Sequence record: SRR31156797_4650
DNA: 64,000 nt
Strand: one strand, 5' to 3'
The translations under genes were made by a program, and so were the position numbers. The notes beneath the pieces are model-generated. The model ran no database searches, was not told where the DNA came from, and saw only the letters and a list, made by a program, of their open reading frames with translations. Positions within the stretch are counted from its first letter, which is position 1. Each line of letters starts with the position of its first letter. This document shows positions 57,983-64,000 of the stretch, piece by piece.

Positions 57983-58049
57983 GACAGTATTCCTCCTTGG
58001 TGTGTAACTGTCGCAGGTTCACGCCGCCTATTGGCGGAGGGAAAAAAGC

Positions 58050-59066
58050 CTATTTTCCAAAAGGACAGATAGGATAACGGCAAACATCACAGGATGCACA
58101 AAATCCACCATGTCCCAGGGCTACAATGTCTTCTCGGGTGATTTCTTCCCCGGCCAACAGACGGGGCACCACAAGATCAAAAATGGAAGCCCGGTAGTAC
58201 ATAACGCAACCGGGAAGCCCAAGAATGGGCACACCGTCCCTCATGGCAATCATGAACATGACGCCGGGGAAAGTGGGCGAACCATAGGTAATAACCTCAG
58301 CTCCGGTGGCACGGATGGCCGTGGGAGTCTGATCATCAGGGTCCACTGACATACCGCCCGTGACAACGACCATCTCGGCTCCTTCAGCGATGAAGGCCAA
58401 AATGGCATCACGGGTCATAGCCGGATCATCAGATGTCAGCCGTTGATCCATGACCATGGAACCGAGTTTGGAAAATTTCTGACGAATAACCGGACCGAAT
58501 TTGTCCGTGATACGCCCATGAAACACTTCGCTGCCAGTGGTCACAAGGCCAACGTTGTGATGGTTGAAAGGACGAACGCCGACCACATAGGGGTACTCGG
58601 CACAGATGGCTTCTACTTGCTCTATCTTTTTTTCGTCGATAACGAGCGGCACCACACGAGTACCAGCCACGGGACGAGGCTGTGTGACCTGCTGGCCGGT
58701 GTGCATAGTAGCCAGCACGACTTCTTCTATGGAATTAATACGATTCAGGGCTTCGACGTTGACATCAAGCAGGCCGGGGGAAGCTTCAAAATTAACGCGT
58801 CCTTCACTGACCTCGGACAAAGTTATTCCCGGTCCGACAGCGGCTTTCGAAATACGCTCTGCCGCCTCATTTTCATGAATGCTCCCCTTCTCCAAATTAA
58901 GCACATAAATGTGCTCCTTACCTATATCCAGCAATACCGGAATATCTTCTTCCGCAACGACATGTCCTTTTTTGAAGGCAGGGCCTTTGGTTTCTCCAGG
59001 AACAATCTTGGTCATATCGTGGCACAACACCATACCGACGGCATCATGAACGTGAACAGTTTTCAT
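58050..59066 (-). CDS. Molybdopterin-binding (MoeA/MogA-domain) protein
   Basis: GMVLCHD.T.I, TTGSEV, TGGMSVDPDD.TP and LGLPG motifs; C-terminal CxxCxxC...C. Confidence 0.85.
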   Translation of the reverse strand: MKTVHVHDAVGMVLCHDMTKIVPGETKGPAFKKGHVVAEEDIPVLLDIGKEHIYVLNLEKGSIHENEAAERISKAAVGPGITLSEVSEGRVNFEASPGLLDVNVEALNRINSIEEVVLATMHTGQQVTQPRPVAGTRVVPLVIDEKKIEQVEAICAEYPYVVGVRPFNHHNVGLVTTGSEVFHGRITDKFGPVIRQKFSKLGSMVMDQRLTSDDPAMTRDAILAFIAEGAEMVVVTGGMSVDPDDQTPTAIRATGAEVITYGSPTFPGVMFMIAMRDGVPILGLPGCVMYYRASIFDLVVPRLLAGEEITREDIVALGHGGFCASCDVCRYPICPFGK

Positions 59067-59673
59067 CAGTAGCAAACTCCGTATTCCGTCAAAGGCAAGC
59101 TTTACCCTTACCCTCAGGTACTCTTCTCAATAATATTATGTCAAAATCGGCCTAATACTTAATACAACATATCTCAAAAAGCGTGATGTTCTCCATATCG
59201 AACTCGACCCATTCGAGCTTTTCAGTACTTGCTTACGTACAATTATGCCACAATAAGCACAATGCAATAGACGACATTTCCAACATGATTATGCCCTCGT
59301 GCTTTCAGTGATATTAAAACACACAAGACGCAGTATTATGTCTAAACGGACACAACATACTCTTCCCCTCAAACTGCGTCAATATGAACGATCATTCATG
59401 CGATAAAGAACAAAAAAAAACTTTGCAAATTAAATGCCGCAATTCCATTTGTTTACGACAACTTCTCGATAACCCATATACGTCGGGATAAAAGAATCAT
59501 TGCACGCCTGCGATCAGGCAAAATTCGGCATTCATTTTCTGGCAAACGTTTCGCAAAATCGTGCGACAACGTAAAATTGCAAACATAATCAACATGCAAT
59601 GTTTTAATTTTTTTAAAACAATAGTCTATATTTTCAGGTAGATAAAAATGATTAAGACATGACCGGGGCGTGG

Positions 59674-59689
59674 AGGCACGGCCTATGCA
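59674..59689 (+). promoter_or_regulatory. Sigma54 promoter
   Basis: AGGCACGGCCTATGCA (GGCACG-N4-ATGC). Candidate enhancer TCGCA-N6-TGCGA at 59551-59566, with an AT-rich spacer between. Confidence 0.7.
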
Positions 59690-59740
59690 ATCTCTTGTGG
59701 CATTGCTGAGGAAGAAATCTATCAATAAGGAGAATTCATA

Positions 59741-60358
59741 ATGGAAATCAATTTTACCGTGCATGGACATTCCTGTGATCTCGCGCTGCATCCCATATCC
59801 GAAAAGACCGCACATATCATCAACGAGTACGGTTCTGACGTATACGCAATGAAGGCCCTTGAATGGTGGCGCAAGGGAAAGACCGCCACATGGGGAATGC
59901 GCATAGATGACGTTTGCCATGTTCAAGTGACAGTAGACGGTGATCCCGTTGAATTCGATACCAATCTGATCACGGCCGATCCTTTAAAGATCAGACGCAG
60001 AATGTACCTTGACAGCAAGGCGAAGTATGTTTGCGTCCTTGGTTTCGACAACGAACTCTGCAAGTTCTCCTGGCAGTGGAAGACTTCCAATGCTTTTGAT
60101 CCATCCAAGTTCGAATTCATGGTTCACCAATGGGATAGAATCATGGGTGAAACAGGCTACTTCATCCTTGATGAAATCCGTTACGACAATACCTTTGCCA
60201 ACAATCACGACTGGTGTGACGCTTCCGGCTATTCACTGGTCCCACCACGTATCATTGATCTTGATGAGGTAAGACGGGAGCTTTCTTTGGGAGCCCCCGA
60301 ACATGAAGGCCCGCCTTTCCCCTCACCGCATGTCATGGCACAAACAGCCTCGGAATAG
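59741..60358 (+). CDS. Hypothetical protein
   Basis: Strong RBS AAGGAG, its own promoter and terminator; no recognisable family. Confidence 0.75.
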   Translation: MEINFTVHGHSCDLALHPISEKTAHIINEYGSDVYAMKALEWWRKGKTATWGMRIDDVCHVQVTVDGDPVEFDTNLITADPLKIRRRMYLDSKAKYVCVLGFDNELCKFSWQWKTSNAFDPSKFEFMVHQWDRIMGETGYFILDEIRYDNTFANNHDWCDASGYSLVPPRIIDLDEVRRELSLGAPEHEGPPFPSPHVMAQTASE

Positions 60359-60401
60359 GTCCAACCGCCCTTCCTCTGGGGTTTTGCACAAACACCCCCA
60401 T

Positions 60402-60433
60402 AAAAGCCCCCGCACCATCATGATGCGGGGGCT
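60402..60433. terminator. Bidirectional terminator
   Basis: AGCCCCCGCA...TGCGGGGGCT between convergent genes. Confidence 0.75.
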
Positions 60434-60460
60434 GAATTATTCAAAAACATACTTTTTCAT

Positions 60461-62032
60461 TCAGTGAACATTGACGACTCCGGGCGGAGCAATCGCTTTT
60501 ACTTCTTCGGTTGTACCATTACTCTCGACATCAAGAACGGGCAAAAGATGCATGGAAACCGTTGTCCCATGCTCCGGTTTGCTGGCTATTTCCACAGTCC
60601 CGCCGAAATCTTCCACTATTTTCTTAATCATAGCCAAACCGAGACCGTTTCCATCTTCCTTGGTCGAATAAAAAGGATTGAAAACCTTTCCCAACTCCTG
60701 CTCGACCATCCCGACTCCCGAATCCTTCACCTTCAAAACGACTTCGCCATTTTCCAAACCCAGATCGAGAACAATTGCTCCACCATCAGGCATGGCCTCA
60801 ATGCTGTTCTTGATAAGATTGACGATACATTGTTTGAGCGCATCCGCCTCTCCTTTTACCGGGGGCAAAGAAGATGCCTTCACTTCAATGGAATACCCCT
60901 GTTTACCGTACCCGACGCACATAAGCTCCGCGACATCCCTGCAAACGGTTATAATATCGACATTTTCTTTCCCGGATCGTGTAGGGCGGGCAAAATTCAA
61001 CATATTGCTCAACATCCGATCCAGCCGTTGCGTTTCATCAACAATTATCTGTGCCTTTTCCCGATCCTTTGCATCAAGATTCGACGATTTCAGCAGGGAA
61101 TTGGCAAAACCACCCACAGCAAAAAGCGGATTACGGATTTCATGGGCCAGATACGTGGACATCTCGCCGATTATGGCAAACTTATCACGTTGATGTTGAA
61201 ATTTCTCTCGATGTGTCCGTTCCGTAATATCCCGGTGCATAACCATTATATGTGTCATATTCCCTCTGATGTCATAGATCGGATAGGCGTATAAACGATA
61301 ATATTGCAGCAGACCATTTCCATTGATCCGAGTAACCAATGACTCTTCCTTTTTTCCACTTTTCAATGTTGCATGAAACGGACAGGCGGGATCCAATTCA
61401 TTACAAAAAACCGAACCATCACGTAATCTGGCCGCATGCCAGCAGGGCTTACCCAAAAGCTCCTTTCTTGAGACACCCGCCCGCTGCCAGACCATGCGAT
61501 TCAAATCCGTAATAACACCGTTCTTGTCGAGCAGGAAAATATCCTCCCGGATTTCATCAATAATAGACTGAAGCAATGTGCGCTGATGATCCAAATGATT
61601 CATGTAGTTGCTCTTGACCAGAGCCATGTCGTGCAGACCACACAAAAACACAAACTCCCGGTGATCCATAAGGGACACCCTCTCAGGAAGTGACTGACGC
61701 AACCGACTGCGCGTACTGCGATTACCCGTGATCTCGACAACCAGATTTATCTCCGGGTGCATATCGAGCATTTCGGACCATGTTGCATAAACAGGACAGG
61801 ATATGCCGTCCAATTCCCGCAACACGGTTTCGGTCTCCCCTTCATGGCTGACTGCAAACAAACGAATCTCCGGCAAAAACTCCCTGAAGACCTCGTTGTA
61901 GATAATATTTACCAAAACCTTCAGTCCGGTCCCTACGCCGACGACGCCTATATTGAACGGTCCCAAGGCCCCATTCCAATAGCAAAAACCCATATTTTCA
62001 TAACTAAAATCACTCACGTTTAACTCCTGCAT
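60461..62032 (-). CDS. Cytoplasmic PAS histidine kinase with N-terminal Rossmann-like domain
   Basis: AHEIRNPL, NLIKNSIEA, DSGVG and FYSTK..GNGLGL motifs; PAS with Cys residues; no TM. Confidence 0.9.
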   Translation of the reverse strand: MQELNVSDFSYENMGFCYWNGALGPFNIGVVGVGTGLKVLVNIIYNEVFREFLPEIRLFAVSHEGETETVLRELDGISCPVYATWSEMLDMHPEINLVVEITGNRSTRSRLRQSLPERVSLMDHREFVFLCGLHDMALVKSNYMNHLDHQRTLLQSIIDEIREDIFLLDKNGVITDLNRMVWQRAGVSRKELLGKPCWHAARLRDGSVFCNELDPACPFHATLKSGKKEESLVTRINGNGLLQYYRLYAYPIYDIRGNMTHIMVMHRDITERTHREKFQHQRDKFAIIGEMSTYLAHEIRNPLFAVGGFANSLLKSSNLDAKDREKAQIIVDETQRLDRMLSNMLNFARPTRSGKENVDIITVCRDVAELMCVGYGKQGYSIEVKASSLPPVKGEADALKQCIVNLIKNSIEAMPDGGAIVLDLGLENGEVVLKVKDSGVGMVEQELGKVFNPFYSTKEDGNGLGLAMIKKIVEDFGGTVEIASKPEHGTTVSMHLLPVLDVESNGTTEEVKAIAPPGVVNVH

Positions 62033-62064
62033 ATTCCATCGCTTCTAAAAACTGTTGCATGCGA

Positions 62065-63711
62065 TTAGCCACAAAAGAAATGAATGATGTCATCAATATG
62101 CCACGCTGCGACAAAGCCGGTCAGGGACATTGTCACTGTGTAAGGCAATGCAAGAACAACCATTCGCCCATAGGACAATCGAATGACCGGTGCCAATGCG
62201 GAAGTAAGAAGGAAAAGAAACGCAGCCTGACCGTTAGGTGTAGCCACACTGGGAATATTCGTGCCGGTATTGATCGCCACGGCCAATTTATCAAAATTTT
62301 CCATGATGGCACTGACCTGTTGCGCAGCACTTGCCGGCAGACCGGCCAGGACCTCGGCTCTCGACAAAAGCGGGTCCGTCAACATGTCCATGAGCTGACT
62401 GCCCGCCATGGCAATACCGGGGACAGCGTCAAGCATCTGCGTAAAGTGCATCTTGGTTTCGGAAATATACACCGTCGCCACAAAGACGTTGTCGGAAATC
62501 ATCGAAAGCACACCATTAGCTGCATAATAAGCGGCCATTTGTGTCTGCCCTTCCAATCCCAGTACATAATCAATGACTGGCTTGAAGAGATGTTGATCGT
62601 GGATAACTGCAACAATCGAGAAGAAAACCACCAATAGTGCGGTAAAGGGCAAAGCCTCCTCAAAGGCATGACCCAACTGATGTTCATCCGTCACACCGTT
62701 GAGCGCCGTCAGCAAAACGATGACGGATAGACCGACGATACCAACAGCCGCCAAATGAAATGCCAAGGCAATGATCAGCCAAATCGCGGCGAGTCCCTGA
62801 GTGACAAGTTTGGCCCGACCAGTTTTACCTAGTTCAGCTTCACTCTCCATAGCTGTTTCCAACAAATGGGAACGAATATTTCCAGGAAGTAATGCGCCGT
62901 ATCCAAAAAGCTTGAATTTCTCGACCAGCACACATGTCAGCAACCCAACGACGAGCACAGGCATGGAGACTGGGGCGACCTTGATAAAAAAGGTACTGAA
63001 ATGCCAGCCCATCTCGGCTCCGATAAGCAAATTCTGAGGCTCGCCCACCAATGTACAAACGCCGCCAAGGGCCGTACCAACGGCACCATGCATCATCAAA
63101 TTCCGCAGGAAGGTTCTGAATTGATACAACTCTTCGCGAGCAGTCTCCTTAACGAGCTGATCACTGCATAGATCGTGCGTACAAAACCTATCCTTCCCGG
63201 AGGCGAAACGGTGATATACGTTGTAGAATCCATAAGCCACAGCGATAATGACCGCCGTAACAGTCAGGGCATCAAGAAACGCCGATAGAAACGCCCCTGC
63301 CAGACAAAAGAGAACTGAAATAAGAACTTTGGACTGAACCCTGACCAGTATCCGAGTAAAGGTAAATTGGAGCAAATCCTTCATGAAGTAGATACCTGCC
63401 ACCATGAAAATCAGCAGGAGTATCACTTCAAAATTGGCAAGCGTTTCATGATACACGCTCGCGGGATGAGTCAAACCGAGGAAGACCGCTTCAATAGCCA
63501 ACAAACCACCGGCAGGGAGGGGGTAACACTTCAAGGCCATGGCCAGCGTGAATATGAATTCGCCGATGAGCATCCATCCGGCGATGAAAGGCCCCGCGAC
63601 ATAAACCAGAACGGGGTTGAGGAGCAGAAAACCCAAAATGGTCATTTTGTACCATTTGGGCGCATTGCCAAGGAAATTGAGAGCAAAAGCTCTCGAAATT
63701 GAAGTGGTCAC
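62065..63711 (-). CDS. nhaB: Na+/H+ antiporter NhaB
   Basis: [42 protein letters not shown] and [21 protein letters not shown] motifs. Confidence 0.95.
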   Translation of the reverse strand: MTTSISRAFALNFLGNAPKWYKMTILGFLLLNPVLVYVAGPFIAGWMLIGEFIFTLAMALKCYPLPAGGLLAIEAVFLGLTHPASVYHETLANFEVILLLIFMVAGIYFMKDLLQFTFTRILVRVQSKVLISVLFCLAGAFLSAFLDALTVTAVIIAVAYGFYNVYHRFASGKDRFCTHDLCSDQLVKETAREELYQFRTFLRNLMMHGAVGTALGGVCTLVGEPQNLLIGAEMGWHFSTFFIKVAPVSMPVLVVGLLTCVLVEKFKLFGYGALLPGNIRSHLLETAMESEAELGKTGRAKLVTQGLAAIWLIIALAFHLAAVGIVGLSVIVLLTALNGVTDEHQLGHAFEEALPFTALLVVFFSIVAVIHDQHLFKPVIDYVLGLEGQTQMAAYYAANGVLSMISDNVFVATVYISETKMHFTQMLDAVPGIAMAGSQLMDMLTDPLLSRAEVLAGLPASAAQQVSAIMENFDKLAVAINTGTNIPSVATPNGQAAFLFLLTSALAPVIRLSYGRMVVLALPYTVTMSLTGFVAAWHIDDIIHFFCG

Positions 63712-63752
63712 AACGGTTCTCCCTGTGTTGCGTTTGGGGTTAAAGGTTCACA

Positions 63753-64000
63753 TCAAATCATGGTCGAATTCTTGAAAAGCTGCGCAATTTCTATTTCATT
63801 ATTCCGAAGTTGTTTTTTCTCCATAGCTCTCTGTACAGTGCTGAGGATTTCCTCCACGGACGCAGGTTTCACGAGATAATCGAAAACCCCACGCTGAAGG
63901 AGTTTTGTCGCGTCATTGATCGAGACATGTCCTGTCAGACAAATGGTTTCGACATCAAAACCCTGTAAACGGATTTCATTATAGGTTTCCTCGCCAGAAA
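63753..64000 (-). CDS. Response regulator receiver protein, 3' part; start lies outside the window
   Basis: Manual translation: SGEETYNEIR...ICLTGHVS...GVFDYLVKP...; stop at 63753-63755. Confidence 0.85.
   Translation of the reverse strand, partial: SGEETYNEIRLQGFDVETICLTGHVSINDATKLLQRGVFDYLVKPASVEEILSTVQRAMEKKQLRNNEIEIAQLFKNSTMI

Noticed and set aside
53682-58072. Long + strand ORFs (312, 281, 204, 424 aa)
   Set aside because: Antisense shadows of the oxidoreductase and mop genes, with no motifs or RBS.
60464-61294. 276-aa + strand ORF
   Set aside because: Antisense to the histidine kinase.
1-64000. CRISPR arrays, tRNA/rRNA genes, IS elements
   Set aside because: By eye, no spaced direct repeats, cloverleaf or rRNA signatures, or transposase ORFs were seen.

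Overview
This 64-kb, roughly 50% GC chromosomal window most likely comes from a Desulfovibrionaceae sulfate reducer (Pseudodesulfovibrio-like), judged from the Mop, TunR and flagellin types. In order it holds: an RND pump, argC, a nitroreductase, a Tat 4Fe-4S/membrane pair behind a CsoR-type operator, Si-type citrate synthase, NAD kinase, a DEAD-box helicase, a TetR-RND module, a FecBCD-type transporter with FmdE behind a NikR-like palindrome, a Pot-type ABC transporter with GDPD, and a MarR/O-methyltransferase pair. The standout is a ~15-kb block (27.4-42.0 kb). A response regulator / TonB-receptor-like / YfiR(DUF4154) / HAMP-kinase operon is divergent from a set of flagellar genes limited to the distal parts (fliC, ECF sigma, flgD, flgE, flgK, flgL, fliD), followed by a convergent EF-hand protein. 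The hook and junction proteins are extremely acidic and almost free of Lys/Arg, and there are no rod, basal-body, motor, export or chaperone genes. After it come TunR-modCAB, the aldehyde oxidoreductase (mop) cluster with its uncharacterised accessory genes, a sigma54-driven hypothetical gene and a RR-nhaB-kinase operon. I saw no tRNA, rRNA, CRISPR array or active mobile element. All calls come from reading the sequence and recognising motifs; no database searches were run.
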